From: Calcarisporiella thermophila CBS 279.70
Taxonomy: Eukaryota > Fungi > Calcarisporiellomycota
Direction: 5' to 3'
Length of the DNA stretch: 64,000 nt
Assembly: GCF_041956535.1 (NCBI RefSeq)
Contig: NW_027192191.1
Span: 941,443 to 1,005,442, forward strand
Shown here: positions 51,480 to 64,000 of the stretch, piece after piece
Numbering within the stretch: position 1 is the stretch's first letter
How the letters are laid out: each line of letters begins with the position of its first letter
Translations under genes and position numbers: made by a program
Notes under the pieces: model-generated
What the model was told of the DNA's origin: nothing
What the model saw: the letters and a program-made list of their open reading frames with translations, nothing else
Database searches by the model: none

Positions 51480-52032
51480 ATTGTCTTAATGTCTATAATG
51501 TGAGAAAGGAGTAAAAGGAGTAAGCCAAATTGTGTGTGAAAGGATCATTGAAAAGTGGATCTGAAGAATAATGCCACAGAAAAAAATCTGAAAACTCATG
51601 TGCACCATTCATATATGATCTTATAGCTGATACACTTGCATAAGCAAGTGATCTATTTCCAGCTGATTCCAAAGATTCACAAAGGATGGATGGACTAGTT
51701 CTACTACTGATGATGGATTCTCACCTCTTGACCTTTGTGCTAAAGACGCGCCGGACGTATGGATGAAGAGAGAGAGGGAACATTCTGTCTGGCTCGACTT
51801 GCTAACGAAAAAGGGCAGGGAAGAAAATTTGATGACGTCAGAGAGCTACAGCTTTACTTGTTGACGATTTTCTCTCCTTGTTGCACAACTACTTACAAGA
51901 AAGAGAGATCTTTAGCGATCAAAAAAAATCAAAAATCTTACAAATAGGATTCTTTAGCGAGCAGCATTTCTCTTCCTTTTTTTTCGGCCATTATATAAAA
52001 ACAATATTTTATATTGAATCACTATATTCACT

Positions 52033-53622
<1,590 letters not shown>

Positions 53623-53896
53623 CGATAAAGTAGAGGGAGTCTTTTTTATTATACTGTGAAACTTCTAAAAATGTATTTAGTTTTTATATTTTTTTTTGTC
53701 TTTTGTCTTCGCGCTCTATCTTAATTCTCTATATATGTATTTTATATTCTCTATTAACTAGGGGATAGATCTTAGCCTGTCTTTACTCCTTTTTATGCAT
53801 ACTCTTTTTTTTCAATACATTCTCACTTTTTTAAATATGATGTATTTGAAAACAGTAATAAAGTTGAAGGGAAAATTATCTAAAATATTAGAGACT

Positions 53897-55122
53897 TCAG
53901 TGTTGTGTCGCATCCCGCGAAGAAAATGGGCTATGGCGGCCATGATAATCGTCCGTTGAGAGGCGGGGATTCGTTGATGCACCGGTGGAACCAGGAGCGT
54001 CGCTGAAAAGGGTTGGAGAAGCCTTTTTTCGCCGCTCTTTTTTTTAGTATAAATTAGCAACGTGTGTTCATTTATTTCCAAATTATCGAAATTACCAAGA
54101 GGTTCATCTTCGTCTTCGTCCTCATGCTCAACACGAATTGTTCGCCGCTGCTGAGAATGCGATTGCTGCGTTTGAGATAGAACATCTTGGTCCGTAAGCC
54201 TTAGTGCGGAGAGGTCATTACCAGCCGAAGCGAGGAGATCATCGTCCTCGGGCAAATTCCTTTTTAACGAGAAATTAGTAGAAAATGAATAAATCATACA
54301 AGAGAATGCTTACGTATATTGTGCGTTTGTGCGCACCGATGTTCGCTCTTTACTTGTCTGCGTAGAATTAAACCGTTCGTTTAGATCAGAATACCAGTCC
54401 CGAAGCTTCTTCCTCGCCGCTTCAAAAACACATTCATTAGCTGATCAATGCGATAATTAAAAGTATAAATAATTACTTTCTGCGTATTCATTAATTCGTT
54501 CTTTGATCACAGGTATCTCCTCTTGTAACCTCGCATTCAAATTGGCTATTCTATCTTCTCCTTGTGGCTGTCGGCCGTCAGGCGCATGCTCGCCGCTGTT
54601 TACAACCATTCCACCAGGACCATAATATAATCTTCCACTAGAAGTGCGCTGCGATGCACGAAGTTGACGTGCAGCTTGGTTTTCCTCTTCAAAGAGTTGG
54701 CGAGCTAGAGCTTCATCTTGAGAGAGCTGATCTTGGGGTGTAGAGGTGGGCTAGCATAAAAGAAATAAGAAGGAGGTTTCTTCGCATTTTAGATTATAAT
54801 CGTGATGATAACACACCTGTCCTTGTACTCTCAATCGTTCAGCTTCCGTCTGATCAGGTTTATAATTCTCATCAGACATAGCTAGCAACTGAATTATAGT
54901 CACTTCCAAATTTTTTCCGTTAGCGAGATATACAGCATCAAGAATCTCAGGCTCGAGATCTGGGAACATCGAACGAAGAGATTCGATATCGGGATTTACT
55001 GGTTGACGTGGAGGAAGAGGAGGGGTAGCGGCGTCTTGTTGTTGAGATTGCTGATCGACAACGCCCTCATCATTAGCATTCTCGGGTGAAGTGTTTGTAG
55101 GCGTAGTAACTGGGGCGCTCAT
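53897..55122 (-). CDS. CUE-domain ubiquitin-binding protein (Cue5-like)
   Basis: IESLRSMFPDLEPEILDAVYLANGKNLEVTIIQLLAMS followed by QISQDEALARQL-type segment (QLSQDEALARQL). Confidence 0.85.
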
Positions 55123-55386
55123 TTTCTTTTCATAGATTCAAAGAAAAGAGAAATTTGACATAAGCCTATGAGAATTCAAGAACCGCCTCTTCTGGATAAA
55201 TTGCAACTCTTAAGAGATCGTTCGTATACTGCCCTTCCAGGTATATCCAAAAAATTCCGACTCATTTACCCAGCTAACATCCTCTTTTTTATTTAAAAAA
55301 TATTAAACTATATACACGTGCAATATTCGATTCATACATGCTAATAAAATTACGCGAATATAATACATTTTGAAAATGCTTTATGC

Positions 55387-57198
55387 TCATTTTCCATCTA
55401 GCTTATGCTTCGATTGCGCTATTATTTTCTGAAGCCAAGGTTTCATTGCTCTAAATACAGGCCATCGTTCCAGTGGCTGCGTAGTTATCAAGGTTAGCAC
55501 CCGTTCCAACCCTCTACACCCAGCACGGCCTATTTCTGGATTTGAATGCCTCATAACCACATATAAAAATACGTTACTTATCAATACACACCCTGATAAA
55601 GGAAATGAAAGGCACCATTCCTGACGTCTTGATAGCTCTTCAAAAATGCCGATTACACGTTGTGCGGCGTTAAGCATCTCTAGTATTGCAATCGCTTTCA
55701 GCTGCCGAACCAATAGGCTGGGTGAAATGGTAGCTGGACGAGGAGCGCAGCAAATGTCTTGAAAAATCTCGATATCATCGAGAAAACTAGCGAAAACTTG
55801 CATCCATGCCATCCAGATATGAACCACAAGTATACTATCCGAGCCATTATTGATAGTACTGCACTCGTCCTTTTCAGTATAGCGGAAATTTTGTGGAAAA
55901 TGCCGGCGAATAGTACTAATTATTTCTACAAGCGAGGAGAATATCTTGTTATCAGGTGCAGAAAGATCGATTTCGGGAAGATAAGAAAGCTCTCTGGCGA
56001 ATTGATGGAGCCGGACATTGTGAAGCTAAAAGTGTTAAAAAAAAATGAAACCCTGAAAGAAATTGATATAGATGGACTTGATTTTTACAAATGCCGCCTT
56101 GGTTTCTTTATCTTCACGAGAATCAGGAAGAACGGGAGGGTAGGGAGGGTTTCCCTTAGGATATATTAACTGCGGCAATGGATAGATGTGTATCAAATAG
56201 AGCTCAAATCGTTGTAATGCCTCCCTATCATACATATAGACTGTGAAATGAGAATGGGATAATATGACATTTAATAATTTCATAAATAATCACCATAGTC
56301 TCCTCCTTGATAAAGTTCCTAATTTGCCTACATCCTGCTGGCCGTAGCCATGCTCGAGATTAATAGCTCTGGCCATAATAAGCGTCATGCTCAGTTGGTG
56401 ATAGCATTCATTGTATCGCGATAATTGGAATAAATAGGCACATAAATTAAATGCAGCTAACACTTGTACCTCAGAAGGTTCGTCAAACATTTTTTGAATA
56501 CGGCATTTAGCTGTGGTATATAACGACTCCCCAAGGACAAGGAGTTTTTCCCCGTATATTGTATCCTGGTGATATAAAAATACGTGTATCGCTGCCCAGG
56601 CTATGGCCGATGCAGTGAGATCGTTTTCAGAGTTGTTATCCTTGAGCAATTGACTTCGATTTGGAATCTGGTGGAAGTGGAAGCATGCTGAATCATATAC
56701 ATGCAGTAGATAATCTCTCAGCCCCTGGCTTTCCATCATTGCGGATATTTCGCACTGGGAAGCACTGGACAATTTATACAGAGCATCAGCGCAGTTTAAC
56801 AAAGCAATAACATCCTTTCTCACCGGGTGAGGAGTAGGATGCGCACGATGGAAGTTGGAAGCATCTTGATCAGCCCACTGGCTGCCATGCAATAAACAAT
56901 ACAAATCGCTATAGTTTCGCAGCTTTAGACGCAAAAGAGCCCCTGGGGTAGCCGGCATTTTGGAGTGCATATTCAGACTATCTATTTGGTGGTCTATTGC
57001 AGTCATATTCCGTAGTAAACCCTCCATCTCCTTAAGGTTGGACGCTATAGAATTGATCCCCATTATACATCTGTCGACAGGTGTCGAACTCTTCATGGTG
57101 GTTTTCATCAGAGCTATTTCCGGTATGAAAATATTGCCCCCCATTCCTTTATAAACTCCATCTTGAGAATTAAGAGAAAAAGCAACGTATTTATACAT
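55387..57198 (-). CDS. fungal transcription-factor middle-homology-region protein; DNA-binding domain apparently lost
   Basis: VQVLAAFNL...LSMTLIMARAINLEH...RRRLW..VYMYDR pattern; three exons splice in frame; upstream extension broken by TAA. Confidence 0.65.
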
Positions 57199-59071
57199 TG
57201 TCCATTTCTCGGTTTCTTTACCGATTTACTGCGCAAATGTCCGTTGAAAACCCTTCTTTAAGTTTGTAGGCTTAGTGGTTGCGGAGTCTGAATTGCCTCC
57301 GTTATCCCGATGAGAATTATCGAATGGAGGCAGCTTAGATTGATGACCTATTCTCGCGACTCTGGGCTTACCTAGAAACAAATGGCACCAAAAAATGGAT
57401 ATCTTTCGGAGATTAGGACAAGGAAAGCGTTTCGGTTTTGATGTATGTAATACTGTTTATTAATCCCCGTGCTCCTCGCACATGCTCTACATCGTTTTGA
57501 AATTCCGTTTTTAAATGTAGTTTCTTATCAGTGCGAATTCTTCAAAAGCTACAAGAGCTACATTCCGTGGTAATCTATCCACATGAGCACTTTACTTTTC
57601 GACCGCCTGCACCCCCCTCCTCCCTAAATCAGGAGTGCATAGGTACCCCTTTTTTTTTGTTTTATTCAGCCCCACATGGTATTTTCTTTCCATTAATGGT
57701 AGACCATTTTTTTATCATTAGCAAAAAAAGCATTGGAAAAAATAGAAAAACCATTTCAAATTCCGGTTATTGGAAGCCCTTTATACTTTAAAAGTTCAAA
57801 ATCGGGAATAATACAACCCGTTGATTCTGTAATCTTTTTTAGCTGTGAAGACCTAGCTGGTGTCCAATGTATTCCAGGCAGGGAGGAGGTAGCCTGTGAT
57901 ATGTTATTGATTTCTGAGCATGGTTAGTGATTATCAGGTTGAAAAGATATAGCATTCGCAGGCCATTCAATAGAAGGGACTATACAATTTGTTGCCCCAA
58001 GAGTATAACAAATCTATAATAAGAACATATAAAGCACTTAATAGAAATTTATGTCTACTAATTCCCGCATTCTAATCAAATGAATCTTGGCGTTATCCAC
58101 AAGTTGTCTTTTTATAGGCTGCTGACTATTAGAAGCTTTCGATACTTTATCACTTTGCATTAGAAAGAAACCAAGCCGAGTGGAAAAAAAATCCCTCTTT
58201 AGAATAGAGTTCAATTTGACTGAGCGCAGTTTAAAAAAAAGACATTTGCAATACACTTTTTCTGGAAACATGGTATGACTGGCAAACCAAGAATTGAAAA
58301 CCTACTTGGTGCTATATGCTTCTCCAATGCTTTCATTAATATCACCATTATTATATTGCCATCTCTTCACTTTTATTTGTGTGTCTACGTTTAAGTATGG
58401 TAAACTTTGAAAATAATCTACGTATTAAAATCGTAGTAATAAATAACATTTTAATGGCAGAAGAGATGAACGAGAAAAATAAAGAAAGGTTGGATGTTGA
58501 TATACCGGGTTAGTTTGTCTTCTTCTCTTAAAAGCAAATTTAACTTTCCATCCACGTGTGCAACTCTCAAGTACAATATATTTACTATCTGGATGCATTA
58601 AAAGGCCAAAATCTTTTAACAATAAGGCGAGAATGAATGAGCAAGTTCTATTTATACTTTATTATTTATATAGATTGGAATTAAAGAAAATCTTCGTAGA
58701 TTTTTCACGATTGTGTACACGACATCAAAAATATGAAAGATGTTTTAGGTCTTTAGTCTTTTCTAACCTAAGGAGAATATTGAAATCTCAGTATATTAGA
58801 TAAATTATCCATTGTATTGTTTAACAAGGATGCAGACTAAAAGGAGCAAATTGAAGCATAGTTAATTTACTCCATGTAGGTCAAGATTTTCTGTAAATTT
58901 GAGCATGCGTTTTAATCAACGTCAATTTTTACATAAAGCTACGCTATTGAAAAGTATTCACAACTAAATATTTATAGTTTTTCCGTTCAAGCATCTTAAT
59001 TCATGTTTTAAGATTTAAATAGTGATATTCTGATATAGAGAAAACATACAAGGGAGAAGATTTATTCTAAT

Positions 59072-60226
59072 TTACTCCTTTTTACCATATTTTCCACTAA
59101 ACTTTTCGCGACGCACCTGAATTTCTGTGAGTGCGCGTTGACCAGTGACAAATGCACCCAGTCCTAACACAGATAAACCCGCAATTGCTTGGAAAATGTT
59201 GAGACGCACCCAGTAGAGATAGAGTAAGTACTCAATCGAAAGCAATGTCGCAAAGAAAGCAACGGAGTATATGAGTGTAGATGTAGAGGAAAATAATGGT
59301 GAAAGATAAGACGGAGTAATGCCAATGGCGACCCACTAAACATATAATAAGTGTTAGATATCTGGTTCAAATAAACAGCGAAAAGGGAGAAATTTACGCC
59401 AATGATCAGTAGGAGCCATGGACTCAAAACTATAAGTACAAATGCCTTATTCACCCATTCAGGTGCCGTCTTCTCCGGCTGACGGAAGGTGTGCGTGATC
59501 TCGGGCTTTACTCCATACACCGTGCGAGTTGACCTCTCCGATTTACTGCTACCCGGCAATACGACGGTGCCGATTTTGTAGATGAGGGGAAGGGGAGCAT
59601 CAAATGTGCCCAAAACAAGTTCAACATTGTATGCACCTGGAGAATCGATTGCATCTCCAGTCGGCTTAATTTCCAGGAAAAAAAACGAACCATATTAATT
59701 TAAAATATCATACATATCGTTTAAAAAATAACTTACCAATTCAAGTCTTGCACGCCCAGACTCTCGAACCTGTAGTACGCGTGAGATCTGTTCACCAGTT
59801 TCCTTTTGAGAAAATATTGCTATGGCCTGGTGTGGTTGGATGCCTTTGTTTGTTGCAGTATTGAGAATTTTTAGAGAGATAACCAGACTATCGTCAGTAT
59901 CGAGGGTGAGAGAGCGAGGTAATGGATTGGGATATACAATACTAAAATAAAAGGTAAAGGGTTAGGAACAATTTACTCATCTCATTCCGACATATTGACA
60001 GATTATAACTAGAAAGGAAACTAAATTGGAACATTCGATCTTACTTTTCTCCATCTTTCCTCAACTTATCTGATCCTACCACTGCAACCTTCACTTCGGA
60101 CACTCCAAGCTTTGTTGGTGAATTAGATTTCGCTTCATCCTCTCCATTTACAAAAGCAAGATTAAAGCACAGGAGCGCGAAGAGAAAGATAAGAATTCCC
60201 TTTAATCGCGCGCTTGTAGAAGCCAT
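59072..60226 (-). CDS. SWP1: oligosaccharyltransferase subunit Swp1 / ribophorin II
   Basis: Signal peptide, QPHQAI, YGVKPEITHTFRQPEK, three C-terminal TMs, GQRAL, C-terminal KKE. Confidence 0.92.
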
Positions 60227-60610
60227 TGAACACACTTGTTACTAAGTAATGCTTTATTCTCAGATGATGAGTCCCGAGATAAGATCAATCCGAGCTCTTG
60301 CGCGTAAAGTTGAAATGAAAATCAAATTGCCACGTCACATATTTGATGAAAATTAATTCTAAAAAATTGAACCTCAAAGAGCTTACATTTTGGAGTTACT
60401 TAGAGCTCATATTGGGAAGCTGAATTATGTTTAGGGGTCGGATAATATCTGCACCATTATCCTTAATTGTAAAATGAAAAATGATGCGAATTAGGAAAAA
60501 AGAAAATTATTTTTTATTTTCACTTAGTATATGAACCGTTATTGAAAGCCACCTTAATCGTTAGAAAGTGGAGAGATGTAGTGAGAAACTATGAAACCGG
60601 TAAAAGGGCT

Positions 60611-61295
60611 CTATGTAACTAATGCAGAAGTGGTGGAGGATTCGCTATGGTGGTAAAGATAGAAGGAAAGCAAAATGGAAATATTAGGTCTTAATAAAGG
60701 TGACTCTTTGTGAGCAATTAATGGAAGCGTAGTGGAGTAAAGGAAATTCGTGTATTCTCTCAGTACTTGGATAATGTCCATGAAGAAAATAATAACAAAA
60801 CGGAAAATTAATTTGCTACTTCCAATTAGGTGGGGTTGTCCATAAGTCTTGTAGTAGCAAGCCAAGCGGCGTATACGAGATTCGATAAGAATCAAGCTGA
60901 GCTTAAGAGTCGCTATCTCTACCGTTGCGCTCGAGACATTTTCGCAGAGAGACAGCGTTTTAAATTACGTGGTAAAGATCCTCTGGGAGCTCTAGTGTGA
61001 ATTAATTTGCCTTTTAGGATGCGTAGGATCTTGTTGCCAGTGACATTCTTTCCTTGCGAGACACCATGAGAATCGCGGAAGTATGATACTGATTTGTGAT
61101 GGAGTCATACCCTTCTTAGCCAACTTGCAGATTTTTTCACAAATCTACTCAGGAGTCGTCTTGAGCCCAGAGGGAGGAATGCGGCGAAAGGAAGGGCAGA
61201 GGAGGAAATACCATTGTCGGGAGCGTGCATACGACCTAATATCGATCAAAAAATAAATAGAGTTCAATTTAAGTACACAATAAGTATATAACCAT
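60611..61295 (-). pseudogene. RPS13: intron-retaining RPS13 (uS15) pseudogene
   Basis: GRMHAPDNGISSSALPFRR...KLAKKGMTPSQI...LILIESRIRRLACYYK with in-frame stops, frameshifts and an apparently mutated first donor (atgg|ttatat). Confidence 0.88.
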
Positions 61296-61912
61296 TTTAT
61301 CTGGTTTCTGATCTATTGAGAAAAAATAGGAAAAGTAATCGTAGAATCACTAGGGAAGTCTGTATTTGAAGTCAAAAAAAAAAGGTCAAGGAAGAATTAT
61401 GTTCAAATATCTGCAATATAGTTTCCAAATGGGGTAATTCTTAAAACTTTCTGTGATTAGAAATAGCTTTAAAGAAATGATCAATTATACTATCATTTAG
61501 TCTATATAAAACGGAAGAAATGATTTCAATGTAAGCTCAACAGTACATTCAATTAAGGTGTTATGTCTCGTTATTAGCGCTTTTAATTGCACTACAAGTG
61601 TTCATTAAGTATATTTGTATCATGATCAATTGGCGATGAGAATATTCCGGAATATAAAAGAATACCGATATAATATATAGATTTTGAAAGCATATTATGC
61701 TTTCAAAATCATTGCTATAATAGATTGTATACCTTTTCATTAGTGTGCCTTAAATAGAAATATTTCACATGTGGCGCGATCATTTGGAAATTTCACATTA
61801 TACGCCCTTATTGATATGGAAAAGAGAAACATAATGATCGAATTTTTTTCTCGCCGTACCAAACTTTTTCTCTCAATCTTGACGTTGCATTTCATACAGA
61901 GAGTGTGCGAAA

Positions 61913-62170
61913 ATGGACACCAAAAAACAAGAGAATCTCGTTGAGCAACGCGGCAAGCATGAGCAACAAAAGCACTCAGCTGAGCAACAAGCTCATGTGC
62001 AGCAACAGCAGCAACAGAAACAGCCGCCGCAAATGGAAGTTCGCGGAGTGATCGATAAAGATCGTTCTCCACATCCTGTACATATGTCAAAGCCCAGTGG
62101 AAATGTAATGGAATGGGTGGAAGGTGATGCTGCCACGCAAACTGAGGGAGCCTTCTGGCGTGTGGGATGA
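61913..62170 (+). CDS. small Gln-rich protein (85 aa)
   Basis: ATG in aaaATGg context, coding-like composition, polyQ, C-terminal MEWVEGDAATQTEGAFWRVG. Confidence 0.6.
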   Translation: MDTKKQENLVEQRGKHEQQKHSAEQQAHVQQQQQQKQPPQMEVRGVIDKDRSPHPVHMSKPSGNVMEWVEGDAATQTEGAFWRVG

Positions 62171-62816
62171 AATGAGTATAAGCTCACTTTATGGATTAGC
62201 TCTACTTCATTTCATTTTACTCGGGTGTAACGATTTAATTGGAATTCAATATTTCTGACAATAAAAGGTGCTTCCATCTTTTCCTCATTCAATTTTACTT
62301 TTAAATTATGATTATGACCAACTTATTAACAGCTCAGAAGAAAAAAAACGAGCGCTCGCTAAAGGTGGTTGAAGTGGTTGAGCGCACTTCTTCAAAGCCC
62401 TACTATGTTTCCTCCAGAGGAGATAAACTGCAGCAGAGCATTTTCTAGAAGATCCCTTCCATCAGCGCTGTGTAAGTTGGATAAGGAATTTTCGTTCAGT
62501 GCCCGCTTTGGCCTGTTCTGTTAGTGGGCTGGATGTGAAATTATGGTATTGAAATCACAAAATTATTAAATACACCTCATATTATATTTGGCAGGGAGGG
62601 TGAATGACTGCTAAGGGCTGAACACAGGGAGGATTGTGGGGGTTGATTGAGCTGGCAGGTAGTGAGAAACGATTAAATTTTCTATAATATGAGCCAGCAG
62701 GAATATATCAATTGTTTTCATATCGGCTTTAATGTTTAATTGTGACTACACAATAAACAATATTTGATTTTCCCCTTTTATAGTTTGCCAGCGCTCTTGC
62801 ATTGAATTAAGAAAAC

Positions 62817-64000
62817 ATGATCAATATCCCTTTTTTCACAGCCAAAGAGGCTGATCCACTGCAATCGAGTTTACCAAGGATTTCCTCATCTCATCTAAAA
62901 CCCTCTCCCACAACAGATACATATGCCCCTCAAATCGAAAATTCTGATGCGACAGTCAGCTCTCAAGAGGGGCATTCGACTAAAGACAAAGAGACTATAG
63001 ACACAACTTCAGAGAAGATCTGTCACATGTGTCGATTGCAGCCTCCAAAATACAAATGCCCCGGTTGTTTGATACGCACATGCTCGCTATCATGTTCAAA
63101 GCGACATAAAGAGGTTATTGGATGCAATGGTCAGAGAGATAAGACACACTTTGTGAGCATGAATGATTACAATTATTCTCATATGATGAACGGTAAGCAT
63201 TGTCAATTTTGAAGAGTTGACTTGGAAGACTGGAACCTTAAGTGAGACTTAATTCAACTTAATGCTATTGTCCCTATTTTTATAGATTATGTTTTTCTTG
63301 AGGATGTTTCTCGGACAGTAGACACTGCAACCCGTGATAATCTTCAAAACTCTCGTGCACCAAGACGTGGCCGCCAAACTCCGAAATATAATGCTAAAAC
63401 TCAACAGCTTCTGCGTGAGGCACGAAAACGAGGTGTAAAGTTGACATTAGTGGCTCCCGGAATGAAGCGCCGAACAGTAAATTGCACAGGGTACAGTCAA
63501 AAGTGAGTATATATTTTATTGGGCGAGGTTAGTTTTAGTTTGGTGATTGGATGTGCTAATTGTTGATATTTCGGTTTTAGGCAGAAGAAGATATTTTGGA
63601 CTGTGGAGTGGGTGTTTCCAGAATGCAACAATGCGTCTGTTGTTGATACAGGGTAATTTATTTTTATTCACCAGTGTTGACAGCATTATATTTAACCTAT
63701 GGCTATAATAGAATACCCGACTCTTACACCATTCTTCCTAGTCTGACCCGCCTCTTTAATCAAGATCGCCCTGAGATATCCAACCTTAAGCAACAATTTG
63801 ATCATTTCTCCCATAATCAAGAATTTGTATTATTACTCAAAAAACCTTTCACTCCGGTAAGAGCCCCACAATCTTAATGTTTGCTTTGCGCTTACCTATT
63901 TTGATCATTATAGGCTAATAAACCAGCATATTACTCCCTATCCGATCCTCGCAATACAACTTGGGCAAGGTGGTTACGAGGAAAACAGGTGCTTGAATTC
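62817..64000 (+). CDS. BCD1: box C/D snoRNP assembly factor Bcd1 (ZNHIT6); start uncertain, truncated by window end
   Basis: HIT finger CHMC..KYKCPGC..TCSLSCSKRHK..CNGQRD, DYVFLEDV, GMKRR..N, IFWTVEWVF, LRGKQVLEF. Confidence 0.9.

Noticed and set aside
60647-60817. U14 snoRNA in the RPS13 intron, as in vertebrates
   Set aside because: No C/D boxes or U14 18S-complementary domains seen
62600-62655. SECIS-like ATGA...AA...GA pattern
   Set aside because: Helix II does not pair and no selenoprotein with in-frame TGA was found upstream

Overview
Gene-dense eukaryotic DNA with many short GT-AG introns and AT-rich intergenic spacers. Gene content (FHL1, KIN4-like kinase, CDC1, SWP1, GH5 exo-glucanase, MFS transporter) indicates a fungus, most plausibly an early-diverging lineage (inference). 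About 30 protein-coding loci can be modelled by hand-splicing the ORF track. The right half is rich in ribosome and translation genes: NOP53, an RSL1D1-like gene, GatB, RPS26, RPS10, an intron-retaining RPS13 pseudogene and BCD1. An FHL1 orthologue sits head-to-head with RPS10. The left 12 kb looks accessory, with an MFS transporter and an inverted partial copy of it, a large uncharacterised protein with a TIM-barrel-like C-terminal half, a 52-nt hairpin and a decayed DIRS-like retroelement. Several small ORFs are easy to miss, including two tiny single-C2H2-finger proteins with the same finger spacing; one is 49 aa and absent from the ORF track. All homology calls are from recalled family motifs; no database searches were run.
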